Part shown: one piece after another, positions 27,272 to 40,340 of the stretch | How positions within the stretch are numbered: the first letter of the stretch is position 1 | How the letters are laid out: each line of letters begins with the position of its first letter | DNA from: Eledone cirrhosa | Taxonomy: Eukaryota | Length of the DNA: 64,000 bases | Direction of reading: 5' to 3' | Assembly (NCBI GenBank): GCA_964016885.1 | Contig: OZ024743.1 | Location: forward strand, 123,690,001-123,754,000 | The notes under the pieces: generated by a model | What the model saw: only the letters and a program-made list of their open reading frames with translations | Told to the model about the DNA's origin: nothing | Databases searched by the model: none | Translations under genes and position numbers: made by a program

Positions 27272-27660
27272 CGTGTACGTGCTTGTGTGCACGTGTGTGT
27301 GTGCGTGTGAATGTGTGTTGCTCATATCTAATATATATTTGTGCAATGGGCAGTGGTTGAAATTCAAATGTGCACGGTTAAATGGTAGTAGACATGGTCG
27401 GACTGACATGAAAATTTACACACCTATGTAAAAAGTGCCAAGGAAGAAAATAGACTAGGTTTCTCAAATCTCTAACTTGAAAAATGTGGTCCCTGGGGCC
27501 CAAAACTATCGCGTTCGGTGAGTTATTTCCCCCTGTTCTAATACTTTTGTCTTATTTACAATTTCATCATCCTTCTACATTTAACGATCATACAGTACAG
27601 TTTTATGAAATCGATTCTGCAGTACGGTCACTGTTTTCCATCAAAAGAAATAAAACCCTT

Positions 27661-28399
27661 GGCGATACTTGGTTTTCGTGTACTAAATTATCATCATCGA
27701 CATTCAATTATTAGCTCCACCCACTACACGATACGTCACGAAAGTAAATGTTTTGAAAAAGTGTTGAACTGTATATCGCAACAATATATTGTTTAAAGAA
27801 ATTTTTTTTCTGTTGTTAAAAACTGTAAATCTGTTTAAAAAAAATGTATTTCGCAGCAATATTTTTCTGTTAAAAACTGTAAATAAATATTCATGTAAAA
27901 ATGAAGCATAGTGTTTCGGTTAAATACTTTTTTTTCTAACAGATTTACAGTTTTAAACAACAGAAAAAAATTTCTTTAAACAATATATTGTTGCGATATA
28001 CAGTTTAAAATTTTTTCGAAACATTTACCTTCGTGACGTATCGTGTGTTAAAAAAAAATGTATTTCGCAGCAATTTTTTTTCTGTTAAAAACTGTAAATA
28101 AATATTCATGTAAAAATGAAGCATAGTGTTTCGGTTAAAAACTTAAAAACTGTAAATAAATATTTATTTTGTTCAAAAAATAAATCAAAAATCTAATTTT
28201 CTCTGTTAATATTTTAATAAATATTTATTCTCAAAATTCAATGTTTTTTCAAGTAAAAATGAAGCATGTAAGAAAATGAACATGTAAAAATCAAGCCCCA
28301 GCAGCAGCTGATGACGTGTCGTGACGTATCGTGTAGTGGGTGGAGCTAATAATTGAGTGTCGATGATGATAATTTAGGACACTAAAACCAAGTATCGCC
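27661..28399. mobile_element. MITE with 8-bp TSD, Merlin-like
   Basis: About 80-bp TIRs beginning GGCGATACTTGGTTTT; exact TSD AAACCCTT at 27653-27660 and 28400-28407. Confidence 0.8.
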
Positions 28400-28446
28400 A
28401 AACCCTTAAATTGCGAAGAAGGGACGCGTGTTTTTATTTTAATTCT

Positions 28447-29045
28447 AACTCGCATTAAAGCCCGGCGTTGCTCGGGGTCAGTAAGTTACCAAAGTTAGGT
28501 TGCACCACCCATTTTATGGCAGCACTTTTTTGTCTGCCAGGCACTGGGTGAATAAATTGCAGACCTGGACTGCCGAAGCAGGAGCTGCGTCAGCAGTGAC
28601 AATTGTAGTTTCGCCTATGGATATTATCTCTGTGCAAAGAAGTGTTGAAATTTATTTCACAGTACTTGCGCAACATGCGCGTAGACGATGCCAGCCGAAC
28701 AACAGAGCTGCGATGGAGTTGTTCTGCATGGTTGTCTAATGTGTGTTTTCTAAATTTAAGACAGTAGGGAGGGGTGTGATATGGGGGAGAGTTAGCTGCG
28801 GTTTCTAGAAGGTTTAGTGACCTCATAGAGGATATTATTGTGTATAGTAAATGAACTGATACTTCTTTCTTCCACGTTGGTTGATAGATGTTTTAAAAAA
28901 GATTTATTTTTGTTGTTGTTGAATAAATGTATCTGTTGCTTTTGAATAATTGTTGTTTCGTATGAAATGTAATAAGTTCTCTTTGTCATTGAAGTAAATA
29001 AATGTTTGACCGTTCCACACTCAAAAACAAACATCCCTCTCTCTC

Positions 29046-29098
<53 letters not shown>

Positions 29099-29380
29099 GT
29101 TTGTAGGTTTAATCGTATATCAGAGAAAGTTGCAGCATGTATGTAGTTTTATCGAATTTTAAGGAGAGTAGAGAGAGTTAATCAGATTCTATTAGAGGAG
29201 TAAAACGTCATGTATTTAGTTTTATCGATTATTTACGTAATTGTTTGGGAGTTTGAATGAAATAAATAGTTGTTGACCTAAGTTAGACCATTTACAACAT
29301 TCTTACAGACTTTAAGTCGAATCGGTTTGAAATTTGTGCAAATGTATAAACATGGAACATGCACAGACACACAGACACAC

Positions 29381-29444
<64 letters not shown>

Positions 29445-29495
29445 CAACAACAACAACAACAACAACAAAACAACAATCTGCTTTTTAATGATACA
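28447..29495 (-). mobile_element. Probable non-autonomous Helitron
   Basis: Reverse-complement 3' hairpin CCCGGCGTTGCTCGGG near 28461; microsatellite-bearing 5' end near 29340-29495. Confidence 0.45.
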
Positions 29496-29784
29496 TGTTA
29501 ACCACCACTAACAGTAAGTAGTATTTTTCAAATTGAATATCATTGATATTGCTATTTCGCTGTTAATAAATAACGCTTTTCACGCCGCTCCACTTCTCAT
29601 TGTACGCCGTCCAGCCCCAAGTGCATATTTCTATTTTTTTTCCTGAAACTGCTTCTTTATAACAAACTTTCAATAATATTTTTCAAATTATTAACTTAAT
29701 AAAAAGTGGTCCCGGGTGCAACTGGGCTCAGCTGCTAGTATATGTATATAACTTTAAATAGAAAATTAATACTTTTATATCATT

Positions 29785-29968
29785 GATTGGCAGTATCGGT
29801 AGAGGGTCGGACGTTATGCTTTGACGCATAGAGTTACGGTCCTTGCCATTCTCAGTTCGAAACCCGCCGAGGTTAACTTTACCTTTCATCGTTACGAGGT
29901 CGATAAAATAAAGTACCAGTAATGCACTGGGTAATTGCTGGCCTTGTGCCAAAAGGTAGAAACAATTA
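29785..29968 (+). mobile_element. SINE
   Basis: Match to the SINE consensus. Confidence 0.85.
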
Positions 29969-30049
29969 TATATGTTCGGAATATATATATATACGTATAA
30001 ATATACAATGATATTAAATAAATGGAAACTATATTTATAAAACCATATT

Positions 30050-30109
30050 TATTCTATTATATATATTTCAAGGGTACCAAATTTTGGTACGCTCTCATCA
30101 GATAAAATA
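30050..30109 (-). ncRNA. Type I hammerhead ribozyme, relative of the 2195 family
   Basis: Minus strand: tattttat-CTGATGA-gagcgtacc aaaattt ggtaccctt-GAAA-tatata-TA-atagaata. Confidence 0.75.
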
Positions 30110-30306
30110 CGAAGTGCGTTTTATAAATTTTGACATAACCAAGGAGAATATACCTTAACAGTTCAAGTTATCCCTGGATATATATATATATATATATATA
30201 TATAAATGAAGTAATTCCATCGGAAAAGTCCAGGAAAAAAGAGTGCTCTATGTATGCAACAGAGCTTAATTATTATTATTATGTAATAAACAACATAAGG
30301 CAATTA

Positions 30307-30367
30307 TTCCATTTACCAGTGGTTTCTTAAAAGCAAAAGGTTTTGCTTTCAATCCTCAGAATGAAAA
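30307..30367 (-). ncRNA. Type I hammerhead ribozyme (degenerate direct repeat at about 31798-31858)
   Basis: Minus strand: tttcatt-CTGAGGA-ttgaaagcaaaa cc ttttgcttttaa-GAAA-ccactgg-TA-aatggaa. Confidence 0.75.
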
Positions 30368-30653
30368 ATCCTGGTTTGTTTATTGAATATGGATTCTAAA
30401 AACAAAAATGCAATCTATATGAAAGTGAGGCTGGAAAAGGGAGAAGGAAAGGAAAAATAAAATAAAACTACACATGCAAACACACACAAAAAAACAACAC
30501 AAAAGCATACTTACACACACATACATATATATACATATATATAAATGCACGCATACACATATACATATACACATATATATATATATATATAAAGAGCGTA
30601 CACCTACACACACATACACATATATACACATATATACACATACATATATTCAT

Positions 30654-30692
<39 letters not shown>

Positions 30693-30735
30693 CACATACA
30701 CACACACATATATATACACATGTACATATCCATAC

Positions 30736-30770
<35 letters not shown>

Positions 30771-30795
30771 CACATATATACATATATACACATAT

Positions 30796-30826
<31 letters not shown>

Positions 30827-31210
30827 TGTGTGTGTACAAGCATACACATACACACACACATATATATACACACACATACATACATTCACACAAACATACA
30901 ACGTACATACATACACATACATGAATGCACTCCACTACATATTAACACACGCAAATAAATATAAGAAAAAAATATATAAATATATATTAACAAATTTTTG
31001 ACAGCGATACATGCCCCAGCTAACAGGACAGACACGCGTGGTAAGTAATACACACATAAGCACATATACATACGTTCGAAATAGTAAACACATACACACA
31101 CTCTCACACATAAATATACATATACAAATACATAAACACGTACATACACATACATACACAAACACGTACACGTATACGATATAAACACACACATGTATAT
31201 GTAATTATAT

Positions 31211-31337
<127 letters not shown>

Positions 31338-31616
31338 CAAAAATATAAAAATAAAAAAATAAAAAATATAAACGCACACACACATATAAATACGTAAACA
31401 CACATATACATACATAGCTAAACAATTATACACATGCAAATACGTATATATCAAAAGAACGCACAACCAAATACAAACACACACACATATACACACACAC
31501 ACACACCCACACACAAACCCACACATACATAAAAATAAATAAATACACACGCACACATATACATACATACACATACATATACACATATACATATATACAC
31601 ATACATATATATACAC

Positions 31617-31647
<31 letters not shown>

Positions 31648-32324
31648 CACACATACACGTACACATACACACATGCATACACATACACACACACATATAC
31701 ATGTGTGTATGTGTAAAGCTCAGTATTAGATAAGACAAATGAACCTTACATAAACGTATATATAGTAGTAAAGTAATAAAGCCATACAAGGCAATTAATC
31801 CATTCACCAGAGGTTTCTTAAAAGCAAAAAAAGTTTCCTTCAATCTTCAGAATGAAAAAAAGCCTGGTTTATCCACATATACATACATATACACACACAA
31901 ATATACAAATATATACACACATACAGACACGCACACACACATATATATATATATATATATACGTATATATATATATATACAGACATATATACATACACAT
32001 ATATACACATACATATATATACATACATACATACATATATATATACATACACAAACATATACGTACACATATACATATACACACAAAAATACATACATAT
32101 ACACATAGGTATGTGAATGGCAAAACAAAAAGAATATATGCGGGGCGGGGGGCTAAGAGGAGGTAAAAATATAAGGGGAGGTAAGGGAGAAAAAAATGTT
32201 AAATATACAAGAGTACAGAAGGTAGAAGCAGCAAAATAAAAACCGTAGCAAAAGTAAAGAGCAGAGAAGGAGTTCAAGGCGGTTGATTTATCGTAGGAGT
32301 GTCAATCCAGTTACAGATCAGATG

Positions 32325-32361
<37 letters not shown>

Positions 32362-32426
32362 CAATTTTGAATAGCGCCAGTTCGTAATTTGAACTCGGGA
32401 ATTTTATATTCTCCGAGTGAAAAGAT

Positions 32427-32510
32427 CCTTCTGACGAGAGTTTTCCTTTGCAACGGATGCCGTATGGACTGTCCGTTTATTTTTGAGACTCGAAACCGCT
32501 TCGGTAAAGG
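32427..32510 (+). ncRNA. Type I hammerhead ribozyme, copy 1
   Basis: cctt-CTGACGA-gagtttt..gagactc-GAAA-ccg ctt cgg-TA-aagg; predicted cut after 32506. Confidence 0.85.
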
Positions 32511-32910
32511 TAACCATAGTAAGAAAAGTTAATTTTTAAAATTTATTTTGAAACTTTTTCTTATTTGCTAAACCTTGATTATATATGTTCTGGCTCGTTA
32601 ATTTATTAACCTGCCATTGAACCACATTGGCATATTTTTGGACAATACATGTGTCCCTAAGCGCCTTGTGCGTGTAGGAACATATACTCTATTATTACTG
32701 TTCTCCTATTGGTTGAGAAAAAATTTGGTCGTTCTGACTGCTGCTAGTTATAGCGGGAGCAGACTGGCCTCCCTGCCTCTGCCTCTATCTTTACACACGG
32801 CACTTGAAAGAATTGCTTCCACTTCATTTACTCTCATCTCGGGAACAATTTTGAATAGCACCAGTTCGTAATTTGAACTCGGGAATTTTATATTCTCCGA
32901 GTGAAAAGAT

Positions 32911-32994
32911 CCTTCTGACGAGAGTTTTTCTTTGCAACGGATGCCGTATGGACTGTCCGTTTATTTTTGAGACTCGAAACCGCTTCGGTAAAGG
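32911..32994 (+). ncRNA. Type I hammerhead ribozyme, copy 2
   Basis: Same motif; predicted cut after 32990. Confidence 0.85.
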
Positions 32995-33071
32995 TAACCA
33001 TAGTAAGTAAAGTTAATTTTTTAAAATTTATTTTGAAACTTTTTCTTACTTGCTAAACCTTGATTATATAT

Positions 33072-33208
<137 letters not shown>

Positions 33209-33879
33209 GGTGTGTGGGTGATGAACGAGAGTGTAAAGACTGAAAACAAACACAACACACTCCTCTTTGACCAAGCCCACACTGACTGTTTAAGTTCCAC
33301 TTGGTAAGGGAGGCAGTGGCATAGTGAAGGAAATTCTGCTTCTCATGATGTTTGTTAAAATATGGGTGAAATTAGCAAATATGACCCGAGTAAATCGACA
33401 AACTTTCAGAATATTCCTGTAGTTTGTAAAAACTGGAAGAGATAGAAGCATTATCTATCGTGCCCTTGTTCATCTTGGATTTGTACCCACCCACCCCGCT
33501 ATTTGAAAATCTTGTTAATTATTTATTGATAGCTTGTCTATATTTTCTGTGTACTCGTGTTATGTAAATCATCACTGTTTTTATTTATTTGTATACTCTG
33601 TAATGTTTTCAGTGGCCAATAAAGAAATCCTCCACCTCATCAACATCACCATCACCACCATCATTATCATCAGTATTATTAATATGTGAAACTTCCTTTG
33701 AATTCTGCTTGTTTCCTGCATCTTAACAAGTATCAACTTGACGCCTGATCAAAATTTGGTATTTAACAATCAATTAACATACGAATTACACCATAAGGGC
33801 ATAAACAAAGCGAGAATAATGTGTATTGACATGGGAATAAAGCTGTTCGAGAGGCATGTGTGGGAGAAGCGAGGCGCAA

Positions 33880-34612
33880 ACAGTAACAAAACTACGATTT
33901 GGAATTTGACGGCCCGCGAAGAACGCGTGTTGGACGATTCCAGGCAGATGTCTGCAGGTGAAGCCGGCATTCAGAGCCGGTAGAGGACTTCAATTACGAC
34001 AGTGACTCCTGTCAGCCGAAGTTGAGTGCTGCGAAAGGCCGATAACTATTCGGGATGTCCTGGTCGACTGCACGAGGCGCAAGTCACCCGTTTGAGATGG
34101 TCTACCCTACGAGTTTTACGTAGATATGCCAGACTTGTTTTCCAATCTTCTCGAAGCCGGCAGCAGAATGGGAATATTTCCAGTTCTGTGAGCCGGAACA
34201 TAGTAACGCTGATGAGGAAGGCGAGAATAAGATGGACACTTTAGATATTTTCAGGCCCATAACTCTGTTAAACACAGAGTTTAAGATTTTGGACAAGGTG
34301 CTAGCGAAGAGATTGCCGTTGGTGGTCTAGCGTCTGGTAGGGGAGGTGCCAACTTGCGCAATACCGACCAGATCCATACACGACAGCTTCCACCTCATGC
34401 GATACATCATAGAGAGGGTAGGGTGTAAACATGGTTTCGATGGGGCTCTGATCAATTTAGATCAATAAAAAGATTTCAAAAGGGTCGATCATCGATACTT
34501 GGATGCTGTCCTCGAGGCAGCTGGCTTCGATCCCGTTTTCAGAAGCTGGATCGCTGCAATGCACAGCTGCATTAGCAAATAGCAAGTAAATAGCCATCTT
34601 TCGGAACTGTTT
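33880..34612 (+). pseudogene. Degraded Tx1/L1-type RT fragment, related to the 61373-64000 element
   Basis: FRPITLLNTEFKIL, CAIPTRSIHDSFHLMRYII and GALINLDQ motifs, with stops. Confidence 0.75.
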
Positions 34613-34614
34613 TA

Positions 34615-36320
34615 AATCTCATGAACGGTTTGTGTTTCGGTGGTTGTGATGGTGGTGGTGGTGGTATTGGTGTTGTTGTGGAAGTGTTTGTGTTTGTTGT
34701 TTGTGTGGTATCTCTTCATTTTCTGTCGTGGGTGGGTGTGTGATGTGTGGAGTTTTGGGTGCATCGTCATTTTTTTTTTTCGGTTTTGCCTCGTCTTCGC
34801 TATTAGAAGACGAGGTGTCTGTGTTTGGAAGTGTGTTTGTGTTTGTGTCAATGTGTGTATTTTGGGGGGAGGGGTGTAAGAACTTTCCTTGTTTTGATCC
34901 TGTGTGGTGTTTCCGCTGGTGTTGCTGTTGGTGGTGTTGCCGGTGCTGGTATTGGTGGTGCTCCCCACCTCAGGGTCGGTAGCATCGGAGTCGTGACCCT
35001 CTGCATTTTTGAGCTACGAACAGAAGGCTCCAAATGCGTCGTTTCTCTGCAGACGAAACAGTGCGACCTTTTGCCGTCTGCGACTATTTGTATAGCCGTC
35101 CCGTTTTGGAGACGGACGTGATCCGGGATTTCTTTTGAAATCCTGTGGTTTGATTTGGAGAAGGATCTCCAAATTAACCCCAGGTCTGTCCTCTCTGGCT
35201 GTTCTTTTCACCTCGATCTGGACGGCATCTCTCCCCTCATCCTAGAAGCAACCACAAGTCCAGTCCTGGTAGAATTCTGGGAATGTAGACTCGAACTGTA
35301 CTCCTTCCCATGTGGGAGGGGTACATATTAACTTTGCTGGTTTTTCAGGCGGCCAGTGAGTGTTTCATAGCGAGGGCCTTTCGATTGAAACAATACCGAG
35401 ATAGTGCGACATTGCCTGCCCATTACTATGTACCCGGTGTCCTGTCTGATGCATTTCAGCGCAGCTCCTACTTCGGCTTGTGGAATTATCTCCGCTTTGC
35501 GTGTCTTCACCGAAATGCATCTGAAAATAATGGTTCTTCTTTCTACCGCTTCTACTGCCTCTGCCGGGACGGTTAAGTTGAGCCAGGTTTGCTCACGTTT
35601 AATAAGCTTCCATGTCTGGACCAAATTTTTATCTTTTTCGCTAACGTCTATGCTGCAGCAGGGAAAGAGTTTTTAATGTTTTTCGTGTGCTGTTGCTGGT
35701 CAAATTGTTGGTGGTGTTGTCGTTGCTGTTGTTGTTGATATTGTCATTGTTGACGTCGGTGTTGTTGTCGTTGTTTTCATTTTTCGTTATGCTGTTCTTG
35801 TTGGTGGTGTTGTTTTTGTCGTTGTTGCAGATGGTTTAGGTGTTGTTATTCTTGGTGCAGTTAGTGTTTTTGTTGTCGTTGTTGTAATTGGTGTTGGTGT
35901 TGTGTTTAATTTCGTTGTCGTTTTTGGAGCTGTTGGAGTTGTTGTTGCCGTTGTTTCCTTCACTTGTTTCGTTGTTGGTGTTGTTGGTGTTGCATTTTGT
36001 GTTTTTAATTATTTTTTCTTGTGTATAATGGTGCTTGTGGTTGGTGCGATATCCCTCCTCTCAACTTTTAATTCACTGTCACATGACGGCAGTCTCAATG
36101 TTGAGGGGCGTATTTCCTTCATGATTTTTTTTTTTTTTAGAAAAAATATAAAGTTCAAAGATTTAGGCCCAAAGGCCGAAATAGTGTGGGGTCGGTCACC
36201 TTTACACAGGGCAAAGAAAGGTGTCTTATGACCCCTTTGCCACAAAAATACGACAAATAATAAAATGAAAAAAACTTGAAACTTTACTAACACGTCTTCA
36301 CCTTTTGACAACCAATAATA
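34615..36320 (-). pseudogene. Possible LINE ORF1 (gag-like) relic
   Basis: Minus-strand CFVCRETTH (degenerate zinc knuckle) near 35040 and low-complexity ACA-rich linkers. Confidence 0.4.
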
Positions 36321-36653
36321 TCTATAATAATAACAATTTCTTTATTGGCCCCAGGGGCCTACATATAGATGACGATACAATAGACATAATAATGATAATA
36401 TTCATTACATTAACGTACTCGTGATTCGTTGTAAATGTCCGTATTCTTTGCTTTAAGCACGTAAAGGAGTAAAACATAAGCCCATTTGTAACTCTCCCGT
36501 TATTTTCGTATAATCCCTATTTTCCTCCACGTCCGACTTCATCTTAACTTATATGATTGAAAGTGGCTTCTAGTTTATAGTTGGTCTTTCAAACACCTGT
36601 ATGTGAGTTTGTGTGTGTGTGTACAAATGAATAGATGATATATATATATATAT

Positions 36654-36928
36654 AAATGAAGTATTTCCGAAGGAAAGGTAAAGGAAAAGGGAGTGCTCTA
36701 TGTAAGCTACAGAGCTTTTTAGTTATGTATTAAACAACATAAGATAATTAATTAATTTACCAAAGGTTTCATGAAGATAGACAAGCTTGAAATTTATGTC
36801 TGCCTTCAATCATCAGAAGGGATAAATTCTTTCTGGTGATTGAAGGCAGACGTAGATTTCAAGCTCGTCTGTCTTCATGAAACCTTTGGTAAATGAATTA
36901 ATTATCTTATGTTGTTTAATACATAACT
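36654..36928. mobile_element. Fold-back HHR element (palindrome 36721-36928), related to 30205-30370
   Basis: Inverted repeat; CTGATGA core on minus (36810-36816) and CTGGTGA on plus; GAAA-cctttgg-TA; tail aaatgaagta...gtgctctatg shared with 30205. Confidence 0.75.
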
Positions 36929-37500
36929 ATATATATATATATGTGTGTTTGTATACGTTTTCGTAAAGCGTCCATACAAATATACATGCATATATACATA
37001 CATACACATGTGTGTATATATAAATATATATAGCAACAAACTTTGCGTGTTTATGTGAGTGCCGTATCATCCTATGCGTGTGTGTTAGTGTGTGCGTGTA
37101 TGGGTGCTTGTGCATGTGGATATGTGTATAAGTAAGTACGTAATTAAATAAGTATAAAAACTATTTTCTTGGATGTAACGGAACCATATTTTCAGAATAA
37201 CCTCATCATTAGTGAGATATGTTAACATATTTAGGAAAATATTTACTTACTTTTATGTTTTGAAGCACTTTTTTTCCCAAACAAATGTGTGGAGATTTGT
37301 TGAGATGAAGCTTTGTAGATTGGAAAGTATATTCTTGAGGTATATGAAACAAAAATGGGGTTAGGAATAGAAAATTAGCTTAGAGTAAGATTGATAATTG
37401 ATTAGAGTGCTATTGTATTTTAAAAAATATAATATTTCATTTTATACTCTTCTTATTGCTATTGCTAATAATAATAATCTTTGTGGTTTTTAGATGAAAT

Positions 37501-37577
<77 letters not shown>

Positions 37578-38125
37578 ATATGTTTGAAAGTGGCTTCTAG
37601 TTTATAGTTAGTCTTTCAAACACTTGTATGTGTTGATGATGATGTCTTTGTTCATGTTGTTGTTGGTGGTGGTGTTCCTAATTTTGTGTTTGTAATTATT
37701 ATATATATATATATATGTGTGTGTGGGGTGAGGGGTGTAAAAGGTAAACAGAAATAACAACACAATCGGTACAGTATATGGAAGGAATATATTAGGTTAA
37801 CGCTTGAAATAGCAGGAAGATGGTCTTAACGTTTTGGACGCTAGTCCTTCATCAGAAGAAAGAATGAGAACTAAGATAGGTTGAAGGGTCGGGCGGGGTG
37901 GAATTGGAAAAAATGGCTTTAGATAAAAATAACAGGTCCATTGGAAAACTGATGGAGCGCGTCTACCTGAAATGGAGAAAAAACCGTTTTGTATGAAGAG
38001 CTATACTTGTGCGCGTGCGTATACATTTGTGTCTCAGTGTGTGTGTGTGTGTATGTTTAGAGAGTGAGAAGAAGAAGAAGAAGAAGAAGAAGAAGAAGAA
38101 GAAGAACGTCGACATATTATTCATT

Positions 38126-38215
38126 CACACATGACGTTTCGCAATCCACCAGCTCAAGTTATAATCGGTAGTGATCGGGCCCGATTCTAGAATTGATTGC
38201 TCATCAGACTTGTGG
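38126..38215 (-). ncRNA. Type I hammerhead ribozyme motif next to (GAA)n
   Basis: Minus strand: cacaagt-CTGATGA-gcaatc..gattgc-GAAA-cg-TC-atgtgtg; helix I is imperfect. Confidence 0.6.
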
Positions 38216-38479
38216 ATTCTTGATTCTTGATTCAGTCGATTATCAGATACAAAGAACCTGTAATTTTAAGTAAGAAGGAAAATTGAAGTTGTGTTACTCG
38301 TATTTATTGTAAAGACATAAGTGATTCCAATAAGGGAGAAGGATCTGCTACATTACCAGGCGATTTACTATAAACAGAAGCCAAATTTTCCTCAAATCAT
38401 GCCTTGTCGTCATAAAAAAGAAGAACACATTGAATAATGTAGTCGGAGACACAGTGAGTAAAAAAATATAGACAATATA

Positions 38480-38853
38480 TAGGGTGGGCCAGAATTCAAG
38501 ACTCACTTGATTATTTATAGATCTATTAACGCAAAATGTTATAAAACAAGTTAAGGAATATAATACCATATACATCCATTACTCTGCAAACTTCAGTGAT
38601 ATTGTCTGTTTTAGCAAATACTCTCACACATTGAACACGTTTTTCTAAGCTTAGCAAAGGATGTGCCATGGTTAATCAAATTTCGAAAAAATAAAAAAAC
38701 TTGTGAGGCACATTAAGAAATAAAAATATAAATTAAGAAACCTGCTTAGTATATTAAGAAATAAAATAATAAATTAAAACAATACAATAATAATAAAATA
38801 AGCATATTAAGAAATATAACTAACAAGAGAGTCATGAATTCTGGCCCACCTTG
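38480..38853. mobile_element. Tc1/mariner-type MITE
   Basis: TIRs AGGGTGGGCCAGAATTCA and TGAATTCTGGCCCACCTTG with TA flanks. Confidence 0.75.
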
Positions 38854-38921
38854 TAGTTATGACTAACACCTAGTTAGTTATTCATAGCCTAATCAGAACT
38901 ACTTTGGGGTTAAACAACATC

Positions 38922-39110
38922 AATTGTTTCTACTATTGGCACAAGACCAGCAATTACCCAGTACATTACTGGTACTTTATTTTATCGACCCCGTAAGGAT
39001 GAAAGGCAAAGTTAACCTCGGCGGGATTTGAACTCAGACTGTAAAGGGACGTAACTATGCTAGAAAGCATGGCGTCCAACACTCTACCGATACTGCCAAT
39101 TCACCGCCCT
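38922..39110 (-). mobile_element. SINE with TSD
   Basis: Match to the SINE consensus; flanking direct repeat taaacaacat. Confidence 0.85.
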
Positions 39111-39199
39111 ATAAACAACATTAATTATGGTAATAAGGTAACTCCACGATCGAAACTAAGGTATGGCTTCGGTTTACAGACATTTTCCACTTTTCTCTA

Positions 39200-40000
39200 C
39201 AGGATACTATTTGATGCTTGAAATGTTGCCACTTACACTACTACAATGTCTGCCGGGCAGATGACCTTATTGATCTCTTGCCAAAAGGATCGCCGCCAAA
39301 ATTGCAGGATTTTCTTTCCTTTCATTTCTCAAAAACGGCCATTCTATGAGCAGTACTCCTGCAGGGAAATCCTCCACCTTCACTGTCCACCTTATATCCA
39401 CCTCAACGCTACACATATGCGGCAAATCTCTTCCAAATCTACCACGTACCACCCTACCAGAATTGCCATCTAGCATACATACATTCTTAGTGCAAAAGTA
39501 CCTCCAGTTGCCCCAAACCGGCAAGTCCACCGGCAAGTTCACCTTCCCATCACCCTGAAGCAAGGTGTCTCATATTTACCAAAATGTTCAATCTCTCCAA
39601 CAAGACTCACTCTTATTCAGATGATATCACCCTTTATTCTTTTATAACTTTCCCAACTATGCGTCGTTCACTTGACACCTCACTCCAAGCCTGCGTTGAC
39701 TCCATGAACAGAGAAAACTCCGAATCCCCAATAATTAATGGCTCTCTACAACGTTATACTCACAAGAAAGTACTGGTCACTCACATGTGATGGTGATGGT
39801 GTGTACACATGAGCATTCTAAGCAACATCCACAGAATAGCCACTCAACTAATTGGCTTAAAGTCACAGACACATTACAGCCTCTGGCCCACAGACATGTT
39901 ACCTTCTCTCCCTCTGTCTCTCCTTTTACTAACGTTATTAAAATAGCCTCTGATCTTTGGAGACGGCTTGTCTCATACCGCTTCCACTGAGTCACTTTCA
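39200..40000 (+). pseudogene. Highly degraded LINE RT relic (CR1/L2/Jockey-like)
   Basis: HSYSDDITL (YADD-like) near 39610 in C-rich sequence. Confidence 0.35.
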
Positions 40001-40289
40001 ATTCACTGGTCTCTCCTCAAATTGGAGGGATTTCTTTTCGAATTGATATCATGAACCTTTGTTGATATCGTAGTGTCATTGGGTTTTTATTGGGTTTTTT
40101 TACTTCAATAAAATGAAGGCTTACTATATTTTTAGATATATGTATTGTTAAGTAGTAGAGCCATCTAGTATAACACAGAAGCAGAAGTTTGTTGCTGTTG
40201 GTGTGTTGTTTAAATCCAGGAGAGTTACGTTCGACTATACCTATGAATGGTATTTCCTCTATGACCATCCAGCTTTGTTTCCAGCCATA

Positions 40290-40340
<51 letters not shown>

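Larger units (their letters stand above)
32359..33067 (+). mobile_element. Retrozyme-like element: two ~225-bp direct repeats 484 bp apart, each with an HHR
   Basis: Direct repeats start at 32359 and 32843; non-coding interior; flanked by (TA)n and (TG)n. Confidence 0.85.
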
